From Vulcanimicrobiota bacterium (lineage in GTDB: Bacteria > Vulcanimicrobiota > Vulcanimicrobiia > Vulcanimicrobiales > Vulcanimicrobiaceae), in contig CAVRQT010000002.1 of the NCBI GenBank assembly GCA_963723515.1, positions 320,001-384,000 on the forward strand: 64,000 bases of DNA, read 5' to 3'. This document shows, piece by piece, positions 1-12,956 of the stretch. A model generated the notes under the pieces. The model saw nothing but the letters and a program-made list of their open reading frames with translations, ran no database searches and had not been told where the DNA came from. The position numbers and the translations under genes were made by a program. The number at the start of each line of letters is the position of its first letter. Within the stretch, counting starts at the first letter, position 1.

Positions 1-156
1 CGGGCGCAGGTCGAGGCGGACGACGTCGAGGCGCGCGCTTCTAATGAAGTCGCGCAATGCGATCGTCTTACCGAAGCCGGCCGGTGCCACGACGACGGTG
101 ATAGGAAATTGGACCGCCTTCATAAGGCGCTCGTTAATGCGAGCCCGCACAGCCAC
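1..156 (-). CDS. N-terminus of a MalT/LuxR-type ATP-binding (STAND-like) transcriptional regulator, running off the window edge
   Basis: Manual translation from GTG at 156, absent from the ORF track: MAVRARINERLMKAVQFPITVVVAPAGFGKTIALRDFIRSARLDVVRLDLRP. Walker A APAGFGKT sits in the position typical of MalT-like regulators. Confidence 0.7.
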   Translation of the reverse strand, partial: MAVRARINERLMKAVQFPITVVVAPAGFGKTIALRDFIRSARLDVVRLDLRP

Positions 157-191
157 GCAGTATAGCTCAAGGACTGGCACCTTCCTTCTCC

Positions 192-1640
192 TTGTGGAAA
201 CGACCGGTGGCTGCGATCCTTGTCGTGACGGCGATCCGCGTCGTCGTCGCGGCTCGCTACCCATTGACGCCGGACGAGACGTACTACTGGGTGTGGAGCA
301 AGCATCTCGCCTACGGCTACACGGATCATCCGCCCATGGTGGCCTGGCTCATTGGGCTGACGTCGGTTTTCGGGAAGAGTGCGCTCGCCGTGCGCCTTCC
401 TTTTATAGCTTGCGAAGCGATCGCGGCGTTCGCAGCCGGCCGCGCCGCACTGACGCTCTCCGAAAAGTCATCGGCGGCAACAGCGGCGACCTTGGCGGTT
501 CTCTTCATCCCGCAAGGGCGGCTTGCAATTGGTGAGGCGCTTCCGGACGCCCCGTATCTTGCATCTTGGGCGCTCGCGCTCTGGCTGACGGCGGAGTTCA
601 CTAAGCGCGCCTCGTCGCCTCGAATGGCCATCTCGCTTGGCCTTGCGTTGGCCGGCGCAGTGCTCTCGCGCTTCTTCGGCTGGGCGCTCGTCGCCGGGAT
701 CATTCTCTATGCACTTGCGCCGGCACGTCGCATGCTGTGGAAGCAAGGGCTTTGGATATCGCTTGCGATCGTCGCGCTGCTCTACGCTCCGTTTATCGCT
801 TGGAATGCGGCACACCAGTGGTCGAACTTCGCGTTCACGTTCGCAAACCGTCAGCCGATGCACGGATTTTCCACCCAGCGGCTTACGACGATCACGTCGC
901 TTCGGCTGATCGTCTTCACGGCGCTGTTGTGGATCGTCGCATACTTCACCATCCTGCGTCCACGCTACGCGCTCTTGGGTTGGACCGCGCTGCCGTTTCC
1001 GACGCTCATCGCCGTTCTCTCGTTCTTCCAAACGACGGAATCGTATTACATCTTGGGGCCGCTAATATCGCTGTGTGTCGCGATTGGTATCGCCTACGCG
1101 CGCCAAAGTGCCCTGCGAAGACGCGGCTGGCTGATCGTTTCGCTGATTCCTGCCGCATATACGGTGCTCGCGGCAACATTCGTCGCGCTTCCCGAAGCGG
1201 CACAAGCCTGGGCGTTGCGCACAAACGGTGGTGCACTCAAAGGTCCGTTCTTCTCACAAACGTTTGCCTTTGCGCCGCTCGCGGCTAATGTAAAAGGGAT
1301 CAGCGGTAACTCGGTCGTTCTTACGAATCGTCTCGAGATCGCTTCGGAGCTCGTTTACAACGGCGTTCGCGCTTCGATAGTCGGCGCCGCGCCGCAGGTT
1401 CCGCAATGGACCGCTTGGTACGGCAGCGATACTCGATCGCATGCCTTGTTGGTGACGTTCGATCCGTTATCAACGGATCCGGACTTAGCCGCCGCGCTCA
1501 ACGAATCGTTCGCACGCACAACTCCCGGCCCAACCTTGCGATACCGTTTTGCCGGAATCGACACGGTGCCGTTTTACACGACGTGGCTCGCAACTCCGAA
1601 TGCGCGCGCGCCGTCGTTACTCTTCGGGCATTCTCTTTAG
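192..1640 (+). CDS. GT-C fold glycosyltransferase, family 39 (ArnT/PMT-like)
   Basis: 482 aa multi-TM protein with N-terminal PDETYYWVWSKHLAYGYTDHPPM motif. Confidence 0.85.
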   Translation: MWKRPVAAILVVTAIRVVVAARYPLTPDETYYWVWSKHLAYGYTDHPPMVAWLIGLTSVFGKSALAVRLPFIACEAIAAFAAGRAALTLSEKSSAATAATLAVLFIPQGRLAIGEALPDAPYLASWALALWLTAEFTKRASSPRMAISLGLALAGAVLSRFFGWALVAGIILYALAPARRMLWKQGLWISLAIVALLYAPFIAWNAAHQWSNFAFTFANRQPMHGFSTQRLTTITSLRLIVFTALLWIVAYFTILRPRYALLGWTALPFPTLIAVLSFFQTTESYYILGPLISLCVAIGIAYARQSALRRRGWLIVSLIPAAYTVLAATFVALPEAAQAWALRTNGGALKGPFFSQTFAFAPLAANVKGISGNSVVLTNRLEIASELVYNGVRASIVGAAPQVPQWTAWYGSDTRSHALLVTFDPLSTDPDLAAALNESFARTTPGPTLRYRFAGIDTVPFYTTWLATPNARAPSLLFGHSL

Positions 1641-2077
1641 CGGTAATCGATCGTCAGTTCGCTTTGGGCAGCGGCGCCCGCGGCGTTTCGCGCGATCACA
1701 TCAATGTTATAGGCGCGCCTGAAGATCGACGGGACGTTCGGTATCCGGTAGGCTGCCTTCGAACTGTCCAAATGTCGCGCGCTTAAGGGGCGCTGATTTT
1801 GGCCCTAGGCGCACCTCGAGACTGGCGACATTTGTGCTCGTCGTCACATGACCGCGCAAAATGTCTCCCGCCGTAACGGTATCGTTTGAGAGCCAAATGC
1901 GAACGATTCGTGGCGGCGCGTTCGGCCGCGCGACCGGTGCGCACGATTTCCCGCGGAAAATGCGATCCGATGACGACGGGTGCCGCTTGGCGTGCCGCGT
2001 TTCGCGCCGCACGAGACAAGCGCGAGGATCAGCAGTGATGCGGCCCAGCGCCGTGCTGCTACCGTTGCATCTTCCAT
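1637..2077 (-). CDS. Putative lipoprotein with beta-rich C-terminal domain, frameshifted in this sequence
   Basis: Lipobox-like LLILALVSC in ORF 1844..2077; continues in ORF 1707..2144 (PPRIVRIWLSNDTV..TTSTNVASLEVR) and ends ELTIDYR* at 1637. Confidence 0.5.
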
Positions 2078-2415
2078 GCGAAGTAGCCGCCCTTGAGCGA
2101 CACAACGTAACGATACCCGAGGTCCTGGAGCGTCTTGCCGGCAATCAGCGATCGTTTGCCAAACTCGCAGTAGACGACGATCGGCGCTTCTCGTCGCTGC
2201 GTGATTTCTGGCGACGCGTCCTCAGAGCGCGGATCGGCGAGCAATTCGAGGAGGCTTAAGGGCAAGTGCAGCGCGCCCGGGATGTGCCCGCTGTTCCATT
2301 CTTCGATTTCACGAACATCCGCGTACAGCGCACGCGGCATGCTCGTTTCGATGTCGACGGTATGCATCTCGCGCACCGTTTTTCTCGCCTGCTCGATCAG
2401 CTCTTGGAAGTTCAT
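2059..2415 (-). CDS. Single-domain rhodanese/sulfurtransferase
   Basis: DVRExEEW..GHIPGA, active-site loop VVYCEFGKRS, C-terminal SLKGGY. Confidence 0.9.
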   Translation of the reverse strand: MNFQELIEQARKTVREMHTVDIETSMPRALYADVREIEEWNSGHIPGALHLPLSLLELLADPRSEDASPEITQRREAPIVVYCEFGKRSLIAGKTLQDLGYRYVVSLKGGYFAWKMQR

Positions 2416-2445
2416 CGGCCGTGTCTTTTCAGCATCGTTCCTCTT

Positions 2446-2468
2446 GTTACCCTGAGCCTGACGAAGCG
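2446..2468 (+). repeat. REP-like short motif GTYACCCTGAGC-n3/4-CGAAG (copy A)
   Basis: gttaccctgagcctgacgaagcg resembles 20651 gtcaccctgagctttcgaagggc and the reverse complement of 22822-22846. Confidence 0.45.
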
Positions 2469-2507
2469 CCGTGTTTGTGGGTAAAAACTCCCCACGGAGG
2501 TTCGTTC

Positions 2508-2789
2508 ATGGATCATTCGCGCGAAAAACTATCGCGAGCCGACGCACTCAAAGGCATCATCGTTTTGCCTGCTTTGGCGGCGACTTTCGCCGGCTTAACG
2601 CGGGAAGCGGAAGCCGCGAAGCAATCCAAAGCCGCGCTCAAATATCAAAATCACCCCAAAGGTTCTCAGAAATGCGCCGGCTGCCGTTTCTTTATCAAAG
2701 GAAAAACCGCAAACGCAAATGGGGCATGCCAAATCGTTTCGGGCTCGATCAGCCCGAACGGCTGGTGTGTCTCGTGGGCAAAGAAATAG
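2508..2789 (+). CDS. High-potential iron-sulfur protein (HiPIP/Iro-like) with Tat-type leader
   Basis: RBS GGAGG at 2496-2500. YQNHPKGSQKCAGCRFF..GACQIVSGSISPNGWCVSW gives four Cys in the HiPIP pattern; leader LSRADALKG..AEA. Confidence 0.9.
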   Translation: MDHSREKLSRADALKGIIVLPALAATFAGLTREAEAAKQSKAALKYQNHPKGSQKCAGCRFFIKGKTANANGACQIVSGSISPNGWCVSWAKK

Positions 2790-2830
2790 GGCTTGGAGAG
2801 GGCTGCCCTTCGAACTGAAGGACGGGATTA

Positions 2831-2876
2831 ACGGGCGCGACCGATGCTTTCGATCGCGCCTGTCTTCTTATTATTT
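2831..2876 (+). terminator. Probable intrinsic terminator after the HiPIP gene
   Basis: Stem acgggcgcgaccga / tcgatcgcgcctgt followed by T-rich cttcttattattt. Confidence 0.55.
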
Positions 2877-2894
2877 GCGTTCGACTGCGCCGAA

Positions 2895-2976
2895 CGCTTG
2901 GCGTTCCGCGCGTTTCGGCACGATGCGCCAAAAACGCGCTGCACGCCCCGCCCAAACTATCGCGGGCGGGCCCCCA
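2895..2976 (-). repeat. Structured two-hairpin intergenic element, copy 1
   Basis: Minus strand tgggggcccgcccgcgatagtttgggcggggcgtgcagcgcgtttttggcgcatcgtgccgaaacgcgcggaacgccaagc aligns to 29686-29770. Confidence 0.8.
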
Positions 2977-5900
2977 GTATCGCAAGCGGCGGCTGCTGGT
3001 AGGTCAGCGGCGCCGGCGCTTTGATCGGCTGCAACCCAGCGCTGCGCGCTGTGGCATTGAACGCGGGCACATCGTGCGTTACGAAGCCGTTGTATGCGGC
3101 GAGCGCAGTTGCGTAACGCTCATCCGTACGCCGCGCAAAATCGAGCAGCGAGGGAAGCGGCGGCCCCGTCAGTCGCAATAGGCCCTCCACATCTTCTCGC
3201 AGCGCGCCCGGGCGTTGAATCGAGTCTTCGTCGTTCGCGTAGTTCGCCGTTAACGTATCGAAGATGCGGTCGTGCTTTTGGCGCAGATCGGCGATCGCAC
3301 CGGATATCGCGTGCGTCTTCGGCGACTTCTCCATGTTACTGAGTGATTTTTTCACGTCGTCCAACCCGTTGAGCGCGGCGTCGATTTGGCCGTACTCATT
3401 GTTGTAGCGCTTCGAGAACGCGTAATTCTGCGCGTATTGCGTTTGCGTCCATGGCAAACGCGGGTCGGCCTTCACATCGAAGGTCTGCGTCAGCGTCTTG
3501 CCGCTTAAGGAAATTCGCGCGGTGTAGGTTCCGGGAATGACGACCGTTCCCGTCTTGGGACCGCGATACTCTTCACGCAGCGCGCCCATCCACTGCGTCG
3601 GACCATCTTCATGAAAGTCCCACACGACGCGGTTCAAGCCCGTGTCGTTGGTAACGTTGGGAACGTTGCGCGGGCCGACTTTGTGCGTTCCGCTGATACG
3701 CCGTATGAGCGTTGCCGGATGCATCGAGGATCTCGACGACGGCCGCCGTTTTCTGCGGCGCGGACTGGTAGAAACTGAGAATCGCCCCGGCCGGTGGATT
3801 TTGCCCGGCGTAACGCGTGTACAGCCCTTCGTCGTTCGAGTGATATGCGAATTCATACGCCGTGCGCGGCTTGAAGAGCATTACGCCCGCCGCCTGCGCA
3901 TACGGCAGGTCTTGGAGCGGCCGAATGTCGTCAAATATCCATAGCGAACGGCCGTGCGTCGCAATTGCAAGGTCGTTGAACTGGGGTTGCAAGCGGATAT
4001 CGCGCACGGACGCGACGGGCAAGTTCAAATTGAAATTCTGCCAGTGAGCGCCGCGATCGTAGCTGATCCAGATCGCTTCCTCCGTTCCCGCGTAGAGCAG
4101 ATTGCCGTTACGAAGATCGGGGCGAATCGTGCGCGCGTATTGCCATGCCGGCAAACCATTGATAATCGAGCGCCAGGAGCGTCCGAAGTCATCCGTCGCA
4201 AAAACGTACGGATGGCGATCGCCCGAACGATGGCGATCGAAGACCGCATATGCGGTGCCGTCATGCGTGTAGGACGGCGCGACGGTTTCCACGCGCCCGT
4301 ATTGCGGTATGCCGGGCGGCGTGACATTCGTCCACGTTTTTCCGCGGTCGCGCGTCACCTGAACGACTCCGTCGTCCGTGCCGACCCAAATCTCGCCTTG
4401 CGCTAACGGCGAACCCTCGATGTCGAGAATGTTGTCGGAAAACTCCGCCCCGGAGACGTCTTTTGCAAGCGGTCCACCCGCGGGCTGTTGATGCGCTTTG
4501 ATGTTCAGCGTTAAGTCGGGGCTGATCGGCGTCCAATGCGCGCCGCGATCGCGGCTCTCAAAGACGACGTTTCCGCCATACCAGACCGTTCTGGGATCGA
4601 ACGGATCGAGCGCGATCGGCGAGTCCCAATTGAAGCGATAGCGGGCATCGTAAAGCGCGAAATCTTCGCGACGACGGACCGTAATAGGGCCGGATAAATT
4701 GGTTTTGCCCCGTTTTGCGATTGTAAACGCTGACATTTCCGTCTTGCAGATCGCTATAGATGAAATTGGAATCGGAAAGGTCCGGCACCGCCCACATTCC
4801 GTCGCCGCCAATCACGCGCTCCCAGGCTTCATCCGGAATACCGTCGCGATTCAAACTGTTTGACGGGCCGCAAAAGCCGTCGTTGTCTTGCAGCGATGCG
4901 CAAACGGTATACGGAACGTCGTTGCCGAGCCCCACATGGTAGACCTGGCCGATCGCAAGATTGCGAGAGAAGGCCCAATGTTTTCCCCCATCGACCGTTA
5001 ACGCGTAACCGCCGTCTTCTCCGGTGATGATGCGCGCCGGATCGTTGGGCGCGATCCAGATCGCGTGGTAATCGACGTGGACGTCTGAGGCGATCTCTTT
5101 GAACGTTCGGCCGGCGTCTTTGCTTTCGGCCAACATCTCGGAAACCGCGTAGACATGGTTTTGATTGCGCGGATCGACAGCGATGTGCGAGAAATAGAAC
5201 GGGCGCTGATCGACCAGCGTATTTTTCGATACCATCTTCCAGGACGCGCCGCGATCGTCGGAGCGCCAGAGGATGCCGCCGCGCGCTTCGATGACCGCAT
5301 AGATTCGCCGGGGATTGCTCGGCGCGATCGCCAGCCCGATGCGTCCCATCATGCCTGCGGGCAATCCGTGGCCGGTCAGCTTGCGCCAGCTTTTCCCGCC
5401 GTCGGTCGATTTGTACAGGCCATCCGCGGGACCGCCGCTTACAAACGTCCACGGCACGCGACGAAATTGCCAGATGCCGGCATAGAGAATCTGCGGATTT
5501 TGCGGATCGATCGCAAGGTCGCTCACGCCGCTCGCCGGACCAACATAGAGCGTGTGCTGCCAGCTGCGTCCGCCATCGGTTGTGCGGTAGATTCCTCGCG
5601 CGGTGCTGTCCGCAAAGACGTTGCCGAGCGCGCCGACGATAACCGTATTCGGATGCTGCGAGTTGATCGCGATGCGTGAGATGTGCATCGTGTCGCTTAA
5701 GCCGGCGTGCGCAAAATGTTTGCCGCCGTCAGTCGATTTGTAAACACCATCGCCGAACGAAACGTCGTTGCGAGGGTTCGCTTCGCCGGTACCGACCCAA
5801 ACGACGTTCTCATTTGTCGGATCGATAGAAACGGCGCCGATTGCCGCCACGGACGCATGATCCATAACGGGATCCCACGTCAATCCGCCGTTGCCGCTTC

Positions 5901-6105
5901 TCCAAAGTCCGCCTCCGGCCGTTCCGACATAATAGAGGCGCGGGTCGCGCGCAAAACCGGCCACTGCAGCCACGCGTCCGCCGGAAACCGCCGGTCCAAT
6001 CTCACGCCACTTGAGCCGACCGTACGGCGAGGGCGCCGCAAGCACGCTGCCGAGCAACGCAACATTCACCAGCAAAAAGATCAGCGAAGAGCGCAATAAA
6101 TCCAT
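2957..6105 (-). CDS. Large secreted BNR/Asp-box (VPS10/sortilin-like) beta-propeller protein, putative glycoside hydrolase, frameshifted
   Basis: Signal peptide, WREIGPAVSGGRV start and many S/TxDGGxS/TW repeats across ORFs 4558..6105, 3609..4811 and 2957..3856. Confidence 0.85.
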
Positions 6106-6127
6106 GAAACGTTCAATTCCTCAATTT

Positions 6128-6238
6128 TCATCGGACTTTATTTTCGGCGACAACGTATGCCCATGCGATAAAGCCGACCATGACGATTAGCACGACGCAG
6201 ATCGCAACAATGTAGGTGCGTGGGGGCCGGCCGTTCAT
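6128..6238 (-). CDS. Small single-pass membrane protein (36 aa)
   Basis: Manual translation [36 protein letters not shown]; purine-rich AAGCGGGG just upstream of the ATG; fills the gap upstream of the BNR gene. Confidence 0.55.
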   Translation of the reverse strand: MNGRPPRTYIVAICVVLIVMVGFIAWAYVVAENKVR

Positions 6239-6339
6239 TCCCCGCTTTGTTTAGTGGTTGCCCTCATAAAAATCTCCTCAAAAAGTCCTTGTCTTGCTGC
6301 CGCAGGTTTTTGCCGAGAGAGATTCGAACCCGGGGCGCA

Positions 6340-7017
6340 GTGTCGAGAGTCACCGCGGCTATTGCCGTAGTCCTCTTCGTTGTTTGCGGCCTTGCAACTA
6401 TGCAGTCGGCGCAGGCGAATGCGCCCTCAGGCGTTTCCGTCTACGCGCGCGTGCTGCGCAAAATCAATCCGCGCTTACAATTCTGGCAGAGCCGCGATCT
6501 CGCTTCGCACGTTTTGGCGAACTCTGAGCGCTGGCGGATCGATGCAAATCTGCTCGTCGCGCTTGTCACCGTCGAATCGCGTTGGCACCCGGCGGCTCGC
6601 TCGTATGCCGGGGCAATCGGGTTAGGCCAACTGATGCCGGGGACGGCGCGACGGTTGAAAGTCAATCCCCACAATGCCGACCAGAATCTCTCCGGATGCG
6701 CGCGCTATCTCAGCGGCTTGATCGACCGCTACGAGTACCGGCCGAATCGCTACGTTCTGGCATTTGCCGCTTATAACGCAGGACCCAAAGCCGTCGCCCA
6801 ATTTCACGGCGTTCCACCCTATAGTGAGACGCAGCGTTACGTTGTCAAAGTGATGCGCCTGTGGCATCACTTCAAAACGATCGTTCATTTGCCGCTGGCG
6901 ACGATTCTCGCCATAAAAAACGACGGCGCCGTAACGCCGTCGGTCGATCTGTATGGGCCGGCGCCGCTGTCCGACTCGGCTTCAATCGAGCCGGACGCCC
7001 AGCCACCGGCGCCCTAA
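6340..7017 (+). CDS. Secreted lytic transglycosylase (SLT domain)
   Basis: [35 protein letters not shown] at 6340 precedes a signal peptide. Confidence 0.9.
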   Translation: MSRVTAAIAVVLFVVCGLATMQSAQANAPSGVSVYARVLRKINPRLQFWQSRDLASHVLANSERWRIDANLLVALVTVESRWHPAARSYAGAIGLGQLMPGTARRLKVNPHNADQNLSGCARYLSGLIDRYEYRPNRYVLAFAAYNAGPKAVAQFHGVPPYSETQRYVVKVMRLWHHFKTIVHLPLATILAIKNDGAVTPSVDLYGPAPLSDSASIEPDAQPPAP

Positions 7018-7036
7018 ATAAAAAACTAGAGCGCGC

Positions 7037-7492
7037 TTAAACGGGCGCCTTCGCCTGCTCTTTCGCTTGTGCGATGCGCGCCCCCAGCTCTTCCAGTTCC
7101 GACTCATCGAAGAGCTCTCGCGCTTCTTTGAACATCACTTTCTCTTCTTCGTCGGCGTGATGCTTGACGAGCTCGATCATCACGTTGAGCTTCGCTTTGT
7201 ACTGCTCCTCGCTTGGCTCGAGGCCCTCAAGTTCTTCGATCAGTTGTTTGACGAGCGCGTGCTCTTCGAACGCTTCGGCCACTTCCTCGCGCTCTTCACT
7301 GTTTTCGGCGTGCTTCTTAAATGCCGGGTAAAAGATCTTTTCCTCGACTTCAGCGTGCAGCCTCAACTCCTCATCGATCTGCTCGAAAAGCCGCTCGCGG
7401 CTCGCCGTCGCACGCTCGCCGAGCGCCTCGACTTCCTTAAAAAGTCCCTTGACTTTGGTATGGTCGTTTTTCAGTAGGGTCAGCGCGTCCAT
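7037..7492 (-). CDS. Hemerythrin (HHE) domain protein
   Basis: MDALTLLKNDH..HAEVEE..EEH..HHADEEE motifs. Confidence 0.9.
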   Translation of the reverse strand: MDALTLLKNDHTKVKGLFKEVEALGERATASRERLFEQIDEELRLHAEVEEKIFYPAFKKHAENSEEREEVAEAFEEHALVKQLIEELEGLEPSEEQYKAKLNVMIELVKHHADEEEKVMFKEARELFDESELEELGARIAQAKEQAKAPV

Positions 7493-7550
7493 AACATTCC
7501 TTCCTCTGCCGTTGAAGTTCAGGAAACGTTGTACCCGAGAGCCGCCGCCG

Positions 7551-9270
<1,720 letters not shown>

Positions 9271-9326
9271 TCGCTGTACCAGCGTACGTCCGCAGGTCCC
9301 GCGGTGTCAACACGCAACTTCGGCGC

Positions 9327-10238
9327 GTGCCGTCGACACGCGCGTTGGGCTTGGTGTTGCTGCTCGGCGCGCAGTTGGCAGTCGGAGCCGCCGCCATCTT
9401 CGCACGGTACGCGCTAGCCGCGGCGCAACCGCTTGCGGTCGCGGCGCTGCGATTGGTCCTCGCGGCGGCGATCTTGCTTCTGATCTCAGCCCTCACGCGG
9501 ACGCTTCGCTCCGGCATGAGCCGCACGTCCGGCATCACGCTCATCTTCGCAGGAATCTTCTTGGCGATCCATTTTGCGGCGTGGATCTGGTCGCTCGAAT
9601 ACACGACGATCGCCATCTCGACGCTGCTCGTGTGCACGACGCCGCTGTGGACTTCCTTATATGATGCGGTGGTGCTCAAACGCAATTTGCCGCCGGCCGT
9701 TTGGATTGCATACACGGGCGGAGCGCTTGGATTATGGCTCGTCGTCGGCGTTGCCGGATCGGCGCCGCCCGTCGCCGGCCATCAACTGTTAGGCGCCGCG
9801 CTGGCGCTCTGCGGAAGCCTCGGCATCGGTGCGTACTTCATTCTCGTGCGCACGGTGCGCGCAAAGCTCGGGACAACCGCGATCGTCACGCGCACCTATG
9901 GCTGGGCAGCGATTGCTCTCGTGATCGGTGCCCTTGCGGCACGGCAACCGCCGCCGGCAATGCACGCGACGGCTGCCTGGCTCGGCATCATTGCCATGGC
10001 GCTCATTTCGCAATTATTGGGGCATACGGCAATGAACGCGTCGTTGCGCTGGTTCTCGCCAAGCGCGGTCGCAATGGCGACCCTGCTGGAACCGATCTTT
10101 GCCGCCTTGCTCGCCGCCGCGATTTTCGGCGAGCGCTTGACCGCGCAGGCGCTGGCCGGCGGTGGCGTCTTGCTCGTAGCAATTGCCGTAGTTCTCATCT
10201 ACGAATCGCCGCCGACGCCGGAATTGAAATTGGATTAG
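9327..10238 (+). CDS. DMT/EamA family transporter
   Basis: About 10 hydrophobic helices, SLEYTTIAISTLL and LLEPIFAALLA..FGE motifs; start chosen at GTG outside the riboswitch. Confidence 0.85.
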   Translation: MPSTRALGLVLLLGAQLAVGAAAIFARYALAAAQPLAVAALRLVLAAAILLLISALTRTLRSGMSRTSGITLIFAGIFLAIHFAAWIWSLEYTTIAISTLLVCTTPLWTSLYDAVVLKRNLPPAVWIAYTGGALGLWLVVGVAGSAPPVAGHQLLGAALALCGSLGIGAYFILVRTVRAKLGTTAIVTRTYGWAAIALVIGALAARQPPPAMHATAAWLGIIAMALISQLLGHTAMNASLRWFSPSAVAMATLLEPIFAALLAAAIFGERLTAQALAGGGVLLVAIAVVLIYESPPTPELKLD

Positions 10239-10252
10239 CGGAAACCCGTCGT

Positions 10253-12943
10253 ATGGCAACGATGACCACGACACCCACGCTGCCGATTCAGCCCTCCGAC
10301 CCCGATCCGCAAGAAACACAGGAGTGGCTCGATGCGGTCGACGGCGTGCTACGGTCCGAAGGCCCGGCGCGCGCCCAGCAGCTCGTTGAAAAGGTTGTCG
10401 AACGCGCGCAGGCTGGTGGCGCGCACGTCTCGCTCGGCGTGCAAACGCCGTATATCAACACGATCCCGCCACAAGAACAAGCGGCGATGCCTGGCAGCGA
10501 CGAACTGGAAACGCGCATCCGTCATTACGTGCGCTGGAATGCGATGGCGATGGTTATACGCGCCAACCTCAAGAGCTCCGAGCTCGGCGGACACGTCGCC
10601 AGTTTTTCGTCCGCGGCGACGCTGTATGACGTCGGCTTCAATTACTTCTTTCGTGCGCCGTCAGAAGCGCGCGGCGGCGATCTCGTTTTCTTCCAAGGAC
10701 ACTCCTCGCCCGGATTTTACGCGCGCGCGTTCTTAGAAGGCCGCATCACCGAAGAGCAGCTCGACCACTTCCGCCAGGAAGTGAGCGGCAAAGGGCTTTC
10801 ATCGTATCCGCACCCGTGGCTGATGCCGGATTTCTGGCAGTTTCCAACCGTTTCGATGGGCTTAGGCCCGATGATGGCGATCTACCAAGCACGCTTCATG
10901 CGTTATCTGGCGCATCGCGGAATCGCCGACACAACCGGACGTAAGGTTTGGTGTTTTCTCGGCGATGGTGAGGTTGACGAACCGGAATCGCTGGGCGCCA
11001 TCTCCGTCGCCTCGCGCGAGCAGCTCGACAATCTGATCTTCGTGGTCAACTGCAACCTGCAGCGTCTGGACGGCCCGGTTCGCGGTAACGGGAAGATCAT
11101 TCAAGAGCTCGAGCGCGTCTTTCGGGGCTCGGGCTGGAATGTGATCAAAGTGATCTGGGGCAGCAATTGGGATCCGTTGCTCGCGCGCGATCACACCGGA
11201 CGCCTCGTGCAGTTGATGAACGAATGCGTCGATGGCGACTACCAGACGTTCAAAGCGAACAACGGCGCGTTTGTGCGCGAGCATTTCTTCGGTCGTTATC
11301 CCGAGACGCTGGAGCTCGTCGAGCATATGACGGACGAGCAGATCTGGGCGCTGCAGCGCGGCGGCCACGATCCGCGCAAGGTGTACGCCGCGTACGATGC
11401 TGCGGTGAAAGCGCAAGGGCAGCCGACGGTTATCCTCGCGAAAACGATCAAGGGCTATGGTATGGGGGCTTCCGGGGAAGCGCAAAACATCGCGCATCAG
11501 CAGAAGCACATGGAGATCCAATCGATGCGCGCGTTTCGCGACCGCTTTTCGATTCCGATCTCGGATCCGGAGCTCGAAAAAGTTCCGTTTTATAAGCCGC
11601 CCGACGACAGCCCCGAGATGCAATATCTGCAGGAACGGCAACGCGAGCTCGGTGCGGTACCCAAGCGCCGCCGGCGAGCCGGATCGCTCACGCGTTCCGC
11701 AACTTTCCGCGTTTGAAGCGCAAACGCGCGGCACAGGCGACCGCGAGATCTCGACGACGATGGCCTTCGTGCGAATTTTGGCGGCGATCATTCGCGATAA
11801 AGGGATCGGCCATCGCGTCGTGCCGATCGTGGCCGACGAGTCGCGCACCTTCGGCATGGAAGGCATGTTCCGCCAACTCGGCATCTTCTCGCAAGTCGGC
11901 CAGCTGTACAACCCGCAAGACGCGGCCCAATTGATGTACTACCGCGAAGACAAGTCCGGGCAAATTCTTCAGGAAGGCATCAACGAAGCGGGCGCGATCT
12001 CATCGTGGATCGCGGCTGCGACATCGTACTCGACAACAACGAGCAGATGATTCCGTTTTACATCTTCTACTCGATGTTCGGTTTCCAGCGCGTCGGCGAT
12101 CTCGCGTGGGCGGCGGGCGACATGCGAAGCCGCGGCTTTTTGATCGGCGGAACGAGCGGGCGCACGACGCTCAACGGCGAGGGGCTGCAGCACGAGGACG
12201 GCCACAGCCAAGTCTTTGCGTCGTTCATTCCGAACTGCGTCTCCTACGATCCGACGTACAGCTACGAGCTCGCGGTCATCATTCAAGATGGCTTGCGACG
12301 TATGTGCTACGCGCAAGAAGACATCTACTACTACATCACGGTGATGAACGAGAATTACCATCATCCCGATATGCCGCCGGGCGTCGAAAATGGGATCTTG
12401 CGCGGCATGTATTTGCTGCGCGATGCCGGCAAAGGGGAGACAAAGAAAGCGCGCGTGCAACTGCTTGGGTCGGGCGCGATCTTGCGCGAAGTAGTGGCGG
12501 CGGCCGATCTGCTCGCGAACGACTTCGACGTCGCGGCCGACGTCTGGAGCGTGACGAGCTTCAACGAGTTGCGCCGCGACGGGCTTGCGGTGCAACGCTA
12601 CAACTTGCTGCATCCCGAGGAAAAACCGCGCGTTCCATATGTCGAGCAATGCTTGGCGGAACATTCCGGTCCGGTCGTTGCCGCGACGGATTATGTAAAG
12701 ACGTTCGGCGATCAAATCCGTCCCTTCATCAAGCGGCCGTATCACGTGCTCGGTACGGACGGCTATGGCCGCAGCGACTACCGGCGAAGGTTGCGCGAGT
12801 TCTTTGAGGTCGACCGTGAGTTCGTCGCTCTTGCGGCCTTGAAGAAACTTGCGGATGCGGGAACGGTGCCGGTCGCGATGGTGTCGGAAGCGATTCGCAA
12901 ATACGAGATCGACGCGAACAAACCGAATCCGCTAACGGCGTAA
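10253..12943 (+). CDS. aceE: Pyruvate dehydrogenase E1, homodimeric AceE type (frameshifts near 11690 and 12035)
   Basis: DPDPQETQEWLD, GGHVASFSS, FPTVSMGLGP, GDGEVDEPES, LQEGINEAGA, GRTTLNGEGLQHEDG. Confidence 0.95.
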
Positions 12944-12956
12944 GGAGCACGCGAGA

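Noticed and set aside
6311..6335. tRNA T-loop-like GGTTCGAATC on the minus strand upstream of the SLT gene
   Set aside because: No full T-stem, acceptor stem or cloverleaf; a c-di-AMP riboswitch consensus is also not evident.
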